A model generated the notes under the pieces. It was not told the origin of the DNA. It did not search any database and saw only the letters and a program-made list of their open reading frames with translations. A program made the position numbers and the translations under genes. From the NCBI RefSeq assembly GCF_003790525.1, contig NZ_CP033635.1: a stretch of 64,000 bases of DNA; one strand, written 5' to 3'. Shown in pieces: positions 11,925 to 23,576 of this stretch (position 1 is the first letter of the stretch; each line of letters opens with the position of its first letter). The DNA is from Escherichia coli. GTDB lineage: Bacteria > Pseudomonadota > Gammaproteobacteria > Enterobacterales > Enterobacteriaceae.

Positions 11925-12293
11925 ATGGATATTGTATTTATAGAGCAACTTTCGGTAATCACCACTATTGGTGTTTACGACTGGGAACAGACCATCGAAC
12001 AGAAGTTAGTGTTCGATATCGAAATGGCGTGGGATAACCGTAAAGCGGCGAAAAGTGATGATGTGGCGGATTGCCTCAGTTACGCTGACATTGCAGAAAC
12101 GGTGGTCAGCCACGTCGAGGGGGCGCGTTTTGCGCTGGTGGAACGCGTGGCTGAAGAGGTGGCGGAGCTGCTGTTAGCACGCTTCAACTCGCCGTGGGTG
12201 CGCATCAAACTTAGCAAGCCAGGTGCGGTGGCGCGAGCGGCGAATGTCGGCGTCATCATTGAGCGTGGCAATAATCTGAAAGAAAATAATTAA
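11925..12293 (+). CDS. folB: Dihydroneopterin aldolase
   Basis: ORF MDIVFIEQLSVITTIGVYDWEQT...; start placed at the second ATG (122 aa) rather than the track's 11922. Confidence 0.9.
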   Translation: MDIVFIEQLSVITTIGVYDWEQTIEQKLVFDIEMAWDNRKAAKSDDVADCLSYADIAETVVSHVEGARFALVERVAEEVAELLLARFNSPWVRIKLSKPGAVARAANVGVIIERGNNLKENN

Positions 12294-12383
12294 TTTTACA
12301 GCTGTTAAACCAAACGGTTATAACCTGGTCATACTGCAGTAGTTCGGACAAGCGGTACATTTTAATAATTTAGGGGTTTATTG

Positions 12384-13205
12384 ATGAGCGATATGCACTC
12401 GCTGCTGATAGCGGCAATATTGGGTGTGGTCGAAGGATTGACAGAATTTCTGCCGGTATCCAGCACGGGCCATATGATTATTGTCGGTCACTTGTTGGGG
12501 TTTGAGGGCGACACGGCGAAAACCTTTGAAGTCGTGATCCAGTTAGGATCAATTCTGGCAGTGGTTGTCATGTTCTGGCGACGTCTGTTTGGCCTTATTG
12601 GTATTCACTTTGGTCGCCCGTTGCAGCACGAAGGAGAAAGCAAAGGCCGTTTAACGCTGATCCACATTTTGCTGGGGATGATTCCGGCGGTGGTACTGGG
12701 GCTGTTGTTCCACGACACGATTAAATCATTGTTTAACCCGATAAATGTGATGTATGCACTGGTCGTTGGCGGTCTGTTGCTGATTGCCGCTGAATGCCTG
12801 AAGCCGAAAGAGCCGCGTGCGCCGGGTCTTGATGATATGACCTATCGTCAGGCGTTTATGATTGGCTGTTTCCAGTGTCTGGCGCTGTGGCCGGGTTTCT
12901 CTCGCTCCGGGGCGACCATTTCAGGTGGGATGCTGATGGGCGTGAGCCGTTACGCTGCTTCCGAGTTCTCGTTCCTGCTGGCGGTGCCGATGATGATGGG
13001 CGCAACGGCGCTCGATCTCTACAAAAGCTGGGGCTTCCTGACTACCGGCGATATCCCGATGTTTGCCGTTGGGTTTATCACCGCTTTTGTGGTGGCGCTG
13101 ATAGCGATTAAAACCTTCCTGCAATTGATTAAGCGCATTTCGTTTATCCCTTTCGCCATTTATCGCTTTATTGTGGCGGCTGCGGTGTATGTCGTGTTCT
13201 TTTGA
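12384..13205 (+). CDS. uppP: Undecaprenyl-diphosphate phosphatase
   Basis: [36 protein letters not shown]...; start placed at the ATG at 12384 (the track starts on the TTG at 12381). Confidence 0.9.
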
Positions 13206-13215
13206 TTGAGGAATA

Positions 13216-13255
13216 GTGTCGGATATGACGCTTGTGCGTCTTATCCGACCTGGCC
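13216..13255. repeat. REP-like palindromic element
   Basis: gtcggata...tatccgac inverted repeat with a GC-rich flank (cctggccgg) in the uppP-cca intergenic space. Confidence 0.4.
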
Positions 13256-13285
13256 GGTGTTTGCAATAAATTGAAATTCAAGTGC

Positions 13286-14524
13286 TTAATCAGGCTTTGG
13301 ACAACGTTGTTCCTTCCAGCTGGCTACCGCCGCAATCCGCCGTCGGGTCAGCTCCTCGCGAATCTCCACACCTTTAAATCCCGCTTCAACGACGGCTTTT
13401 GTCGGCACTGACTGTGCCACTTCCCAGGCTTCGCGCAACCAGCGGCCTTGCGGGTAGTCGGCTGATTCAAAACCGGTTCTGCCGCGCACATCAGCCTCGC
13501 TGGTCAGCGCCAGTTGCTCGACACGCTGCGGTTTACGCCAGGCGTCGATGGAATCAAATAGTTTGACGATGGTTTTTGGGTTCAGCATTGGGAAGGTGTG
13601 GATGAGATCGTGAAACTCAGCCACCAGTCTGGCTAAATCGCGAATTTCATTTGGCACGCGCAGACGCTGGCATAGTTGTTCCACTAACTTCACACCCGCC
13701 GGGCCATGACCATGATGACGCGGCCAAAGTTCTGGTGGCGTCAGTCCTTTACCGAGATCGTGGCATAACGTTGCGAAACGGACATCGACCTGCGGACTCA
13801 GCATCGCCGCCATTGAGAGCGTCATTAAGGTATGAATACCCGTGTCGATTTCCGGATGCCACCTGGCAGGGGCCGGAACGCCAAACAGGGCGTCAATTTC
13901 CGGGAATAAAACGCGCAGTGCGCCGCAATCGCGCAGTACCTGGAAGAACACCTGGGGATTGCGGGTAGTGAGGGCGCTTTCCGTCTCTTTCCATACCCGT
14001 TCAGGCGTCAGGTGTTCCAGTTCACCCGCGTGGGTCATCTCGCGCATCAGCGCCAGAGTTTCATCGGCAATACGAAAACCGAGGTGGGCATAACGCGCAG
14101 CAAAACGCGCTACGCGCAACACGCGTAACGGATCTTCGCCAAAAGCGGGGGAAACATGGCGCAACAGACGATTTTGCAGATCGCCCAGACCGTTGTACGG
14201 GTCGATAATCTCGCCGTTATCGTCCTGGGCCAGCGCATTAATGGTCAGATCGCGACGCTTAAGATCATCTTCCAGCGTGACATCCGGTGCGGCATAGCAG
14301 GTAAAACCGGTGTAACCGGAACCGGATTTCCGTTCGGTACGTGCCAGTGCATACTCTTCATGCGTTTGCGGATGCAGAAACACAGGAAAATCGCGGCCTA
14401 CCTGCTGGTAGCCCGCGTCGAGCATCTCCTGTGGCGTACTGCCGACCACCACCCAATCTCTGTCTTTGACCGGTAGCCCTAACAATGCATCCCGAACAGC
14501 ACCACCGACCAGATAAATCTTCAC
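13286..14524 (-). CDS. cca: tRNA nucleotidyltransferase (CCA-adding enzyme)
   Basis: 412-aa [31 protein letters not shown]... with a C-terminal HD domain. Confidence 0.92.
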   Translation of the reverse strand: MKIYLVGGAVRDALLGLPVKDRDWVVVGSTPQEMLDAGYQQVGRDFPVFLHPQTHEEYALARTERKSGSGYTGFTCYAAPDVTLEDDLKRRDLTINALAQDDNGEIIDPYNGLGDLQNRLLRHVSPAFGEDPLRVLRVARFAARYAHLGFRIADETLALMREMTHAGELEHLTPERVWKETESALTTRNPQVFFQVLRDCGALRVLFPEIDALFGVPAPARWHPEIDTGIHTLMTLSMAAMLSPQVDVRFATLCHDLGKGLTPPELWPRHHGHGPAGVKLVEQLCQRLRVPNEIRDLARLVAEFHDLIHTFPMLNPKTIVKLFDSIDAWRKPQRVEQLALTSEADVRGRTGFESADYPQGRWLREAWEVAQSVPTKAVVEAGFKGVEIREELTRRRIAAVASWKEQRCPKPD

Positions 14525-14587
14525 GCCATCATCCCTTCGTCAAATACACAATTCCTAATAATAAGACAGTGCAACGAAGAAGGCGAT

Positions 14588-15208
14588 TTAGTTCATCCAG
14601 CGATCTTTGCGTTTGCGGCTTGGGATCAGGTGCGGCAGTACCAGACCGAGCAGCAAGCCAAGCCCCAGCACGCCGCCGCCATACATAAACCATTGCATGA
14701 TGATGGTGCGCTGTTTGTCATCCAGCTGTACGCTGGCGGCATCGACCTTTTTCTGCGCGACAATCAGCTCGTTTTTCAGTTTCTGATTTTCTTCTTTTAA
14801 CCCGTTGATCACGCTGTCGCTCTGCGCCACTTTTTGCTGCATTTCTGCGGTGCGCTGATTCCAGGTGTTATCGATATTGGTGAGTTTATCGGTCAGGGTT
14901 TTGACCTGATTTTCCAGATCTGGCACACGGGAGCGCAGGCTTGGCTCAGTGCTAAGTTGTTTCAACGGGATCCAGGCGGTACGGCCAGAGCTGTCTTTCA
15001 CCTGGGCATAATTGGTGTTGGCGTCAGTTTGTAATAAGGTCACTTCCTCGCCGGCGTTAACCGTGCCTACGAGGCGATAATGATCTCCCGGACCGCTACG
15101 GACCCAGGTATTCAGTTCGTCAGAAACATAGCGCGTTTCTTCAGCGTGTGAGACGGCAGTCGCGCTAAGTGCGAGTAAAGTTAATCCGATCAGGCGTAAT
15201 TTTGGCAT
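14588..15208 (-). CDS. ygiM: SH3-domain membrane protein
   Basis: 206-aa ORF with a signal peptide, SH3-like region, coiled coil and C-terminal TM helix; position between cca and ygiF matches. Confidence 0.85.
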   Translation of the reverse strand: MPKLRLIGLTLLALSATAVSHAEETRYVSDELNTWVRSGPGDHYRLVGTVNAGEEVTLLQTDANTNYAQVKDSSGRTAWIPLKQLSTEPSLRSRVPDLENQVKTLTDKLTNIDNTWNQRTAEMQQKVAQSDSVINGLKEENQKLKNELIVAQKKVDAASVQLDDKQRTIIMQWFMYGGGVLGLGLLLGLVLPHLIPSRKRKDRWMN

Positions 15209-15449
15209 CAGGCTGTCGTTATTGTCATGGAAAGTGGAACGATAGTAGTGGCATCAGTGTCGCTACGCAAAGCATTCGACATCAATCGGAATCCTCTGTG
15301 TCAGGTCTTGCCACTGCTTCAAACTTTTACGCCCGTCAAATTGCCCGTTGCATGGCAATTTGGCGCAAAATACTATCTACTGACAAAAAAGATCGCATTA
15401 AGTTCGCCGTTCATCGTCACTTATGTGACATAACCGATAAGTAAAGGCT

Positions 15450-16751
15450 ATGGCTCAGGAAATCGAATTAAAGTTTATTGTTAATCACAGTGCCGTTGAG
15501 GCGTTGCGTGACCATCTCAATACGCTGGGCGGCGAGCACCATGACCCCGTGCAGTTGCTGAATATTTACTACGAAACGCCGGATAACTGGCTGCGTGGGC
15601 ACGACATGGGCTTGCGTATTCGTGGCGAAAACGGTCGCTATGAGATGACCATGAAAGTTGCAGGAAGAGTGACAGGCGGCTTACACCAGCGCCCGGAATA
15701 TAACGTGGCGTTGAGCGAACCGATGCTCGACCTGGCGCAGTTACCGACGGAAGTCTGGCCGAACGGCGAATTGCCTACCGATCTCGCTTCCCGCGTGCAG
15801 CCGCTGTTTAGCACCGATTTTTATCGCGAAAAGTGGCTGGTAGAGGTTGATGGTAGCCAAATTGAAATCGCCCTCGACCAAGGGGAAGTGAAAGCGGGTG
15901 AATTTGCTGAACCTATCTGCGAGCTGGAACTGGAACTGCTTAGCGGCGACACGCGCGCGGTGCTGAAACTGGCGAACCAACTGGTATCGCAAACCGGATT
16001 ACGCCAGGGCAGCCTGAGCAAAGCGGCGCGTGGCTATCATCTGGCGCAGGGCAATCCGGCGCGTGAAATCAAACCGACCACCATTTTACATGTTGCGGCA
16101 AAAGCGGATGTCGAGCAGGGGCTGGAAGCGGCGCTCGAGCTGGCGTTAGCGCAATGGCAGTATCATGAAGAGCTGTGGGTACGCGGCAACGATGCGGCGA
16201 AAGAGCAGGTGCTGGCAGCCATTGGCCTGGTCCGTCATACGCTGATGCTGTTCGGTGGCATTGTGCCGCGTAAAGCGAGCACTCACTTACGTGATTTGCT
16301 GACCCAATGCGAAGCGACCATCGCTTCAGTGGTTTCTGCCGTGACGGCGGTCTATTCTACCGAAACGGCAATGGCGAAGCTGGCGTTGACCGAATGGCTG
16401 GTAAGCAAAGCCTGGCAGCCGTTTTTAGATGCCAAAGCGCAGAGTAAAATGAGCGATTCCTTCAAACGCTTTGCCGATATCCATCTTTCCCGCCATGCCG
16501 CTGAACTGAAAAGCGTTTTCTGCCAGCCGTTAGGCGATCGCTACCGTGACCAGTTGCCACGTCTGACGCGTGATATTGACTCAATACTGTTGCTGGCGGG
16601 TTACTATGATCCTGTCGTGGCTCAAGCCTGGCTGGAGAACTGGCAGGGGCTGCGTCACGCTATTGTGACCGGGCAACGCATTGAAATTGAACATTTCCGT
16701 AATGAGGCAAACAATCAGGAACCGTTCTGGTTGCACAGCGGAAAACGTTAA
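15450..16751 (+). CDS. ygiF: Inorganic triphosphatase (CYTH domain)
   Basis: 433-aa [26 protein letters not shown]... (CYTH EXEXK motif). Confidence 0.85.
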   Translation: MAQEIELKFIVNHSAVEALRDHLNTLGGEHHDPVQLLNIYYETPDNWLRGHDMGLRIRGENGRYEMTMKVAGRVTGGLHQRPEYNVALSEPMLDLAQLPTEVWPNGELPTDLASRVQPLFSTDFYREKWLVEVDGSQIEIALDQGEVKAGEFAEPICELELELLSGDTRAVLKLANQLVSQTGLRQGSLSKAARGYHLAQGNPAREIKPTTILHVAAKADVEQGLEAALELALAQWQYHEELWVRGNDAAKEQVLAAIGLVRHTLMLFGGIVPRKASTHLRDLLTQCEATIASVVSAVTAVYSTETAMAKLALTEWLVSKAWQPFLDAKAQSKMSDSFKRFADIHLSRHAAELKSVFCQPLGDRYRDQLPRLTRDIDSILLLAGYYDPVVAQAWLENWQGLRHAIVTGQRIEIEHFRNEANNQEPFWLHSGKR

Positions 16752-16773
16752 TCAGGCAAGGATAAAATCGCTT

Positions 16774-19614
16774 ATGAAGCCGCTCTCTTCACCGTTACAG
16801 CAGTACTGGCAGACCGTTGTTGAGCGGCTGCCAGAGCCTTTAGCCGACGAATCACTTAGCGCACAGGCGAAGTCGGTACTTACTTTCAGTGATTTTGTGC
16901 AGGACAGCGTGATTGCGCATCCAGAGTGGCTGACGGAACTGGAAAGCCAACCGCCGCAGGCCGACGAATGGCAGCATTACTCTGCATGGTGGCAGGAGGC
17001 GCTCAGTAATGTGAGTGACGAAGCCGGGTTAATGCGCGAGCTGCGGCTATTCCGGCGGCGCATTATGGTGCGCATCGCCTGGGCGCAAACGTTGGCACTG
17101 GTTACTGAAGAGAGCATATTGCTGCAGCTCAGCCATCTGGCGGAGACGCTGATTGTTGCGGCGCGTGACTGGCTGTATGACGCCTGCTGCCGCGAGTGGG
17201 GAACGCCGTGCAATGCGCAGGGCGAAGCGCAACCGCTGCTGATTTTAGGCATGGGTAAGCTGGGCGGAGGGGAACTGAATTTCTCCTCAGATATCGATCT
17301 GATTTTTGCCTGGCCGGAACATGGTTGTACGCAGGGCGGACGCCGGGAACTGGATAACGCCCAGTTTTTTACCCGCATGGGGCAGCGGCTGATTAAAGTG
17401 CTGGATCAACCAACGCAGGATGGCTTCGTCTATCGCGTGGATATGCGACTGCGTCCGTTTGGCGAAAGTGGCCCGCTGGTGCTGAGCTTTGCGGCACTGG
17501 AAGATTATTACCAGGAGCAGGGGCGCGACTGGGAGCGTTACGCGATGGTCAAGGCGCGGATTATGGGCGATAGCGAAGGCGTCTATGCTAACGAGTTGCG
17601 TGCGATGCTGCGCCCGTTTGTTTTCCGTCGTTACATCGATTTCAGCGTGATTCAGTCGCTGCGCAACATGAAAGGGATGATTGCCCGTGAAGTGCGTCGG
17701 CGCGGTTTGACCGACAACATCAAACTTGGCGCGGGTGGCATTCGTGAAATTGAATTTATCGTCCAGGTATTCCAGCTCATTCGCGGCGGGCGCGAACCGT
17801 CGCTGCAATCGCGCTCTTTACTGCCAACGCTCAGCGCCATTGCCGAGCTGCATCTGCTTTCTGAAAACGATGCTGAACAATTGCGAGTGGCGTATCTGTT
17901 CCTGCGGCGTCTGGAAAACCTGCTGCAAAGCATTAACGACGAACAAACCCAGACGCTTCCTTCTGATGAGCTTAACCGTGCGCGGCTGGCGTGGGCGATG
18001 GACTTTGCTGACTGGCAGCAACTGACTGGGGCGCTGATCGGACATATGACCAATGTGCGCCGGGTGTTTAATGAATTGATTGGCGACGACGAAAGTGAAA
18101 CTCAGGAAGAGTCGCTGTCGGAACAGTGGCGTGAGCTGTGGCAGGACGCGTTGCAGGAAGATGACACTACACCAGTGCTGGCGCATCTTAGCGAGGACGA
18201 TCGCAAACAGGTGCTGACGCTGATTGCCGATTTCCGCAAAGAGCTGGATAAGCGCACAATCGGGCCACGCGGACGTCAGGTGCTCGACCATCTGATGCCA
18301 CATCTGCTAAGAGATGTCTGTACACGTGAAGACGCTGCTGTAACGCTGTCGCGCATTACGGCCTTGCTGGTGGGGATTGTTACCCGCACCACCTATTTAG
18401 AATTGCTCAGTGAATTTCCTGCGGCGCTTAAGCATTTGATTTCTCTGTGTGCCGCATCGCCGATGATTGCCAGCCAGCTGGCGCGCTATCCGTTATTGCT
18501 GGATGAACTGCTCGATCCAAACACTCTCTACCAGCCGACGGCGACCGATGCCTACCGTGATGAACTGCGCCAGTATTTGCTGCGCGTGCCGGAAGATGAC
18601 GAAGAACAACAGCTTGAGGCGCTGCGTCAGTTCAAACAGGCGCAACTGTTACGCATTGCGGCAGCGGATATCGCCGGTACGCTACCGGTAATGAAAGTGA
18701 GCGATCACTTAACCTGGCTGGCGGAAGCTATGATAGATGCCGTCGTTCAGCAGGCGTGGGTTCAAATGGTTGCCCGCTACGGTAAACCGAATCACCTGAA
18801 CGAGCGCGAAGGGCGTGGTTTTGCGGTGGTCGGCTACGGCAAGCTGGGCGGCTGGGAGTTAGGCTACAGTTCCGATCTTGACCTGATCTTCCTCCATGAT
18901 TGCCCAATGGATGCGATGACTGACGGCGAGCGGGAAATCGACGGGCGACAGTTTTATCTGCGTCTGGCGCAACGCATTATGCATCTGTTCAGTACGCGAA
19001 CCTCTTCCGGCATTTTGTATGAAGTGGATGCTCGACTGCGTCCATCCGGGGCGGCGGGAATGCTGGTGACATCCGCAGAAGCATTTGCTGATTATCAGAA
19101 AAACGAGGCCTGGACGTGGGAACATCAGGCGCTGGTGCGTGCGCGTGTAGTGTACGGCGATCCGCAGCTCACCGCGCACTTTGACGCGGTGCGTCGCGAG
19201 ATTATGACGCTGCCGCGAGAAGGTAAAACTCTGCAAACGGAAGTGCGGGAAATGCGCGAGAAAATGCGCGCTCATCTCGGTAATAAACATCGCGATCGCT
19301 TTGATATCAAAGCCGATGAAGGCGGAATTACCGATATCGAATTTATTACCCAATATCTGGTGTTGCGCTACGCTCATGAAAAACCGAAGTTAACGCGCTG
19401 GTCAGACAACGTACGTATTCTGGAACTGCTGGCGCAAAACGACATTATGGAAGAGCAGGAAGCGATGGCGCTGACCCGTGCTTACACTACGCTGCGCGAT
19501 GAACTTCATCATCTGGCATTACAGGAATTGCCGGGCCATGTGCCGGAGGATTGCTTCACCGCAGAGCGTGAACAGGTGCGGGTAAGCTGGCAGAAGTGGC
19601 TGGTGGAAGAATGA
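16774..19614 (+). CDS. glnE: Glutamine synthetase adenylyltransferase / adenylyl-removing enzyme
   Basis: 946-aa product starting [13 protein letters not shown]... at the ATG at 16774; the track's 977-aa form starts inside ygiF and is rejected. Confidence 0.95.
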   Translation: MKPLSSPLQQYWQTVVERLPEPLADESLSAQAKSVLTFSDFVQDSVIAHPEWLTELESQPPQADEWQHYSAWWQEALSNVSDEAGLMRELRLFRRRIMVRIAWAQTLALVTEESILLQLSHLAETLIVAARDWLYDACCREWGTPCNAQGEAQPLLILGMGKLGGGELNFSSDIDLIFAWPEHGCTQGGRRELDNAQFFTRMGQRLIKVLDQPTQDGFVYRVDMRLRPFGESGPLVLSFAALEDYYQEQGRDWERYAMVKARIMGDSEGVYANELRAMLRPFVFRRYIDFSVIQSLRNMKGMIAREVRRRGLTDNIKLGAGGIREIEFIVQVFQLIRGGREPSLQSRSLLPTLSAIAELHLLSENDAEQLRVAYLFLRRLENLLQSINDEQTQTLPSDELNRARLAWAMDFADWQQLTGALIGHMTNVRRVFNELIGDDESETQEESLSEQWRELWQDALQEDDTTPVLAHLSEDDRKQVLTLIADFRKELDKRTIGPRGRQVLDHLMPHLLRDVCTREDAAVTLSRITALLVGIVTRTTYLELLSEFPAALKHLISLCAASPMIASQLARYPLLLDELLDPNTLYQPTATDAYRDELRQYLLRVPEDDEEQQLEALRQFKQAQLLRIAAADIAGTLPVMKVSDHLTWLAEAMIDAVVQQAWVQMVARYGKPNHLNEREGRGFAVVGYGKLGGWELGYSSDLDLIFLHDCPMDAMTDGEREIDGRQFYLRLAQRIMHLFSTRTSSGILYEVDARLRPSGAAGMLVTSAEAFADYQKNEAWTWEHQALVRARVVYGDPQLTAHFDAVRREIMTLPREGKTLQTEVREMREKMRAHLGNKHRDRFDIKADEGGITDIEFITQYLVLRYAHEKPKLTRWSDNVRILELLAQNDIMEEQEAMALTRAYTTLRDELHHLALQELPGHVPEDCFTAEREQVRVSWQKWLVEE

Positions 19615-19661
19615 AGTATGGTATTATCGCGCGCAAATTTTGAATCTCTCAGGAGACAGGA

Positions 19662-21095
19662 ATGAAAGTAACGCTGCCAGAGTTTGAACGTGCAGGAGTG
19701 ATGGTGGTTGGTGATGTGATGCTGGATCGTTACTGGTACGGTCCCACCAGCCGTATCTCGCCGGAAGCGCCGGTGCCCGTGGTTAAAGTGAATACCATCG
19801 AAGAACGTCCGGGCGGCGCGGCTAACGTGGCGATGAATATCGCTTCTCTCGGTGCTAATGCACGCCTGGTCGGGTTGACGGGCATTGACGATGCAGCGCG
19901 CGCGCTGAGTAAATCTCTGGCCGACGTCAACGTCAAATGCGACTTCGTTTCTGTACCGACGCATCCGACTATCACCAAATTACGGGTGCTTTCCCGCAAC
20001 CAACAGCTGATTCGTCTGGATTTTGAAGAAGGTTTCGAAGGTGTTGATCCGCAACCGCTGCACGAACGGATTAATCAGGCGCTGAGTTCGATTGGCGCGC
20101 TGGTGCTTTCTGACTACGCCAAAGGTGCGCTGGCAAGCGTACAGCAGATGATCCAACTGGCGCGTAAAGCGGGTGTTCCGGTGCTGATTGATCCAAAAGG
20201 TACCGATTTTGAGCGCTACCGCGGCGCTACGCTGTTAACGCCGAATCTCTCGGAATTTGAAGCTGTTGTCGGTAAATGTAAGACCGAAGAAGAGATTGTT
20301 GAGCGCGGCATGAAACTAATTGCCGATTACGAACTCTCGGCTCTGTTAGTGACCCGTTCCGAACAGGGTATGTCGCTGCTGCAACCGGGTAAAGCGCCGC
20401 TGCATATGCCAACCCAGGCGCAGGAAGTGTATGACGTTACCGGTGCGGGCGACACGGTGATTGGCGTCCTGGCGGCAACGCTGGCAGCGGGTAATTCGCT
20501 GGAAGAAGCCTGCTTCTTTGCCAATGCGGCGGCTGGTGTGGTGGTCGGCAAACTGGGGACATCCACGGTTTCGCCGATCGAGCTGGAAAACGCAGTACGT
20601 GGACGTGCAGATACCGGCTTTGGCGTGATGACCGAAGAGGAACTGAAGCTTGCTGTAGCGGCAGCGCGTAAACGCGGTGAAAAAGTGGTGATGACCAATG
20701 GCGTCTTTGACATCCTGCACGCCGGACACGTCTCTTATCTGGCAAATGCCCGCAAACTGGGTGACCGTTTGATTGTCGCCGTCAACAGCGATGCCTCCAC
20801 CAAACGGCTGAAAGGGGATTCCCGCCCCGTTAACCCGCTTGAACAGCGTATGATTGTGCTGGGCGCACTGGAAGCGGTCGACTGGGTGGTGTCGTTTGAA
20901 GAAGACACGCCGCAGCGCTTGATCGCCGGGATCCTGCCAGACCTGCTGGTGAAAGGCGGCGATTATAAACCAGAAGAGATTGCCGGGAGTAAAGAAGTCT
21001 GGGCCAATGGTGGCGAAGTGCTGGTGCTCAACTTTGAAGACGGTTGCTCGACCACTAACATTATCAAGAAGATCCAACAGGATAAAAAAGGCTAA
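19662..21095 (+). CDS. hldE: Bifunctional D-beta-D-heptose 7-phosphate kinase / heptose 1-phosphate adenylyltransferase
   Basis: 477-aa [31 protein letters not shown]... Confidence 0.95.
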
Positions 21096-21139
21096 CCGGA
21101 AAGCGCTTCACAGTTCTCGCGTTGTGCCGGATAGACCTA

Positions 21140-21168
21140 TTGACGCTGTTGTTTTTTCAACCTAAAGT
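21140..21168 (+). promoter_or_regulatory. Sigma-70 promoter of Sib antisense RNA, copy 1
   Basis: TTGACG (21140-21145), 17-bp spacer, TAAAGT (21163-21168). Confidence 0.55.
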
Positions 21169-21174
21169 AAAGGA

Positions 21175-21323
21175 ACAAGGGTAAGGGAGGATTTCTCCCC
21201 CCTCTGATGAGTTGTTAGTAAGTCGGGAAACTTAACAGTAACAACACAACCAGTATGATGACGAACTTCATCATAACCCTTTCCTTCTATAAGGCCCCTT
21301 CCTCGGGAGGGGCTTTCCCGTTT
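21175..21323 (+). ncRNA. sibD: Sib-type antisense RNA (antitoxin of a type I toxin-antitoxin pair), copy 1; ends approximate
   Basis: Plus-strand transcript predicted from the promoter above; fully complementary to the ibs ORF and its RBS; ends at the hairpin ccccttcc-tcgg-gagggg (21295-21312) followed by a U-rich stretch. Confidence 0.5.
21215..21274 (-). CDS. ibsD: Ibs-family type I toxin, 19 aa (MMKFVIILVVLLLLSFPTY)
   Basis: Minus strand: ATGATGAAGTTCGTCATCATACTGGTTGTGTTGTTACTGTTAAGTTTCCCGACTTACTAA, with a GGAAAGGG SD upstream. Confidence 0.7.
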   Translation of the reverse strand: MMKFVIILVVLLLLSFPTY

Positions 21324-21515
21324 CAGCCCCTTGCTGACTCCCCGATTGTTGATGAGCGCCAGACCCCGCGCAATGCTTTCTCTTATGCAGTTTTCTCTTC
21401 CCCGAGTCGGCTCGCAAAACGCTGTAACAACCTGATCATTTGTACTTTTTAGCAGAACGCAGATATAAAAAATCCCCGGCTTTTTGGGCCAGGGATATGT
21501 GTTAATGAAACCTTC

Positions 21516-21544
21516 TTGACGCTGTTGTTTTTTCAACCTAAAGT
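21516..21544 (+). promoter_or_regulatory. Sigma-70 promoter of Sib antisense RNA, copy 2
   Basis: TTGACG (21516-21521), 17-bp spacer, TAAAGT (21539-21544). Confidence 0.55.
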
Positions 21545-21550
21545 AAAGGA

Positions 21551-21700
21551 ACAAGGGTGAGGGAGGATTTCTCCCCCCTCTGATTGGCTGTTAATAAGTG
21601 GCGAAACTTACAAGTAACAACACAATCAGTATGATGACGAGCTTCATCATAACCCTTTCCTTCTGTAAGGCCCCTTCCTCGGGAGGGGCTTTCCCGTTTC
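21551..21700 (+). ncRNA. sibE: Sib-type antisense RNA, copy 2; ends approximate
   Basis: Same architecture as copy 1, with the terminator hairpin at ~21671-21688. Confidence 0.5.
21591..21650 (-). CDS. ibsE: Ibs-family type I toxin, 19 aa (MMKLVIILIVLLLVSFATY)
   Basis: Minus strand: ATGATGAAGCTCGTCATCATACTGATTGTGTTGTTACTTGTAAGTTTCGCCACTTATTAA. Confidence 0.7.
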   Translation of the reverse strand: MMKLVIILIVLLLVSFATY

Positions 21701-21888
21701 AGCCCTTTGCTGACTCCCCGATTGTTGATGAGCGCCGGACCCCGCGCAACGCTTTCCCTGAGGCAGTTTTGCCTTCCCCGAGCGGTCACGCAAAACGTTG
21801 CAACGACCTGATCATTTGCAGTTTTTAGCGGAACGCAGATATAAAAAATCCCCGGCTTTTTGTGCCAGGGATGTTCATAGCTGAAAAT

Positions 21889-23550
21889 TTATTCTACGTT
21901 TTCGGCGACGGGAGTTGTTGAGGTTAAGGGTGAAGTCAATGCAGCCAGTGAGCCGCCTGAAACGCCAATTTCATTGAGCAAGGAGTCAATCAGCGGTGCC
22001 TGTGTGCGGTAAGAAAGGGCGGCAGACAATGCCTGTTCTGCCAGGTTTCCGCCACTAACGCTGCCTGATGCCGCATCCCCCGCAGCACCACCTCGGTTTA
22101 ATCCATCGACCTGAATAATCTTAATGCCGTCAATGGACTTCATCGGCTCAACGGATTTCTCTATTACTGCAGGTAACGACTGTAATAGCGCCAGTTTGAA
22201 TTTAAGGCTGGTTTGCTCGTCAGAAAGTACGTTGATAGCGTCGTTCAGCGCACGTTGCGCTTCTGCTTCCGCCAGGCCTTTTTTGCGTGTTGCTTCGGCT
22301 AACTCAACGATCGCCGCCGCCTGCATCTCTGCGGCTTCTTTCTCTGCTTTCGCCCGCACGGTCAGTTCAACCGCTTTGGTTTCTGCATCCTGCGCGGCAG
22401 CGATTAGGGCAACTTGTTTAGCACGATCGGCTTCTGCGGTCTGGCGAGTGGTTTCTACGTTTTGCTGGGCGCTTACCGCTTCTGCAAGTGCAAGGTTGGC
22501 ACGCGCTTCCGCTTGTGACTGCTGTTCCGATTTGGCGGCAATAGCGATCGATTTCGTCTGGTTGGCGATTTCGGTGACCTGCTGTTGTTCGATCTCTTTA
22601 ATGCGAACTTCACGTTCAGCTTCAACTTTTCTTGAGCGGACGGCCTGTTCGCGGTCGATTTCTGTTTCCTGAATCTGTCGTTCAGCCAGAATTCGCGTCT
22701 GCTCTGCTTCACGACGACGTTCAGCTTCAAAAGCCGCAATTTTCGCATTCTGCTCAGCGGTACGGGTTTTAACCTGCTGCTCCTGCTCAAGCGTCATAAA
22801 CGCTTCTTGTTGTTCAATCTCCAACTTGCGCGAAAGTGCATCACGGTTTTTCTCACGCACCGCAACTTCTACATCCTGTTCAACTTCGTTACGTTCGCGA
22901 CGACGGCGCTCCGTCTCCTGCGTCAGCTTGGTTAAACCTTCGGCGTCAAAGGCGTTGTTAGGATTGAAATGTTCTTTCGACGTCTGGTTAAAGTTGGTAA
23001 GTGAAACGCTTTCCAGTTCCAGGCCGTTTTTCGACAGATCTTCAGCAACGGTATTTTGTACGCCCTGCACGAAGTTCTCGCGGGTATCCTGTAACTCATG
23101 CATGGTCATTTGCGCAGCTGTTGCACGGAGGGCATCGACAAATTTATCTTCAACCAACATACGTAAGTCTTCAGGCGACAGGGTGCGTTGCCCCAGCGTC
23201 TGGGCAGCGGTGGCGATCCCTTCTACTGAAGGTTTTACCCGCACAAAGAAAGCGACAACGACATCGACGCGCATACGATCTTTCGTAATCAGGCTATCAA
23301 TGGTTGAGCGGCTGACTTCCAGCTTCAGAGTATTCATATTGATGGGGATTATTTCATGGAAGATCGGCATCACGATTGCGCCACCGCTCATTACCACTTT
23401 TTGCCCACCTAAACCAGTACGAACAAAAGCTTGCTCTGCCGAAGCGCGACGATAGAGCCTGGCGAAAATAATTCCAATAATAAACAGAATGCATACGGCA
23501 ATAATCGCGGTAAACATCCAGGAGGGCACAGAATTAACAATATCATCCAT
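21889..23550 (-). CDS. yqiK: SPFH/flotillin-like membrane protein
   Basis: 553-aa ORF with an N-terminal TM helix, band-7 domain and long coiled-coil, E/Q/A-rich region. Confidence 0.85.
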   Translation of the reverse strand: MDDIVNSVPSWMFTAIIAVCILFIIGIIFARLYRRASAEQAFVRTGLGGQKVVMSGGAIVMPIFHEIIPINMNTLKLEVSRSTIDSLITKDRMRVDVVVAFFVRVKPSVEGIATAAQTLGQRTLSPEDLRMLVEDKFVDALRATAAQMTMHELQDTRENFVQGVQNTVAEDLSKNGLELESVSLTNFNQTSKEHFNPNNAFDAEGLTKLTQETERRRRERNEVEQDVEVAVREKNRDALSRKLEIEQQEAFMTLEQEQQVKTRTAEQNAKIAAFEAERRREAEQTRILAERQIQETEIDREQAVRSRKVEAEREVRIKEIEQQQVTEIANQTKSIAIAAKSEQQSQAEARANLALAEAVSAQQNVETTRQTAEADRAKQVALIAAAQDAETKAVELTVRAKAEKEAAEMQAAAIVELAEATRKKGLAEAEAQRALNDAINVLSDEQTSLKFKLALLQSLPAVIEKSVEPMKSIDGIKIIQVDGLNRGGAAGDAASGSVSGGNLAEQALSAALSYRTQAPLIDSLLNEIGVSGGSLAALTSPLTSTTPVAENVE

Positions 23551-23576
23551 TATTAAATTTCCTTTTGATTAATAAA

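Larger units (their letters stand above)
21135..21886. repeat. Two tandem ~376 bp Sib/Ibs (QUAD-type) repeat units
   Basis: Near-identical units at ~21135-21510 and ~21511-21886, each with a promoter, a 19-codon minus-strand ORF and hairpins. Confidence 0.85.

Noticed and set aside
16681-16773. N-terminally extended glnE (977 aa) starting at 16681
   Set aside because: The extension overlaps the ygiF 3' end; the canonical [10 protein letters not shown] start at 16774 gives the expected 946 aa.
20346-21077. 243-aa minus-strand ORF inside hldE
   Set aside because: Antisense to hldE; Cys/His/Arg-rich nonsense composition.
21162-21789. Track ORFs of 130 aa (21162-21554, minus), 83 aa (21538-21789, minus), 65 aa (21255-21452, plus) and 76 aa (21598-21828, plus)
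   Set aside because: They lie inside the tandem Sib/Ibs repeat and are low-complexity read-throughs of it; the real coding units are the 19-codon ibs ORFs.
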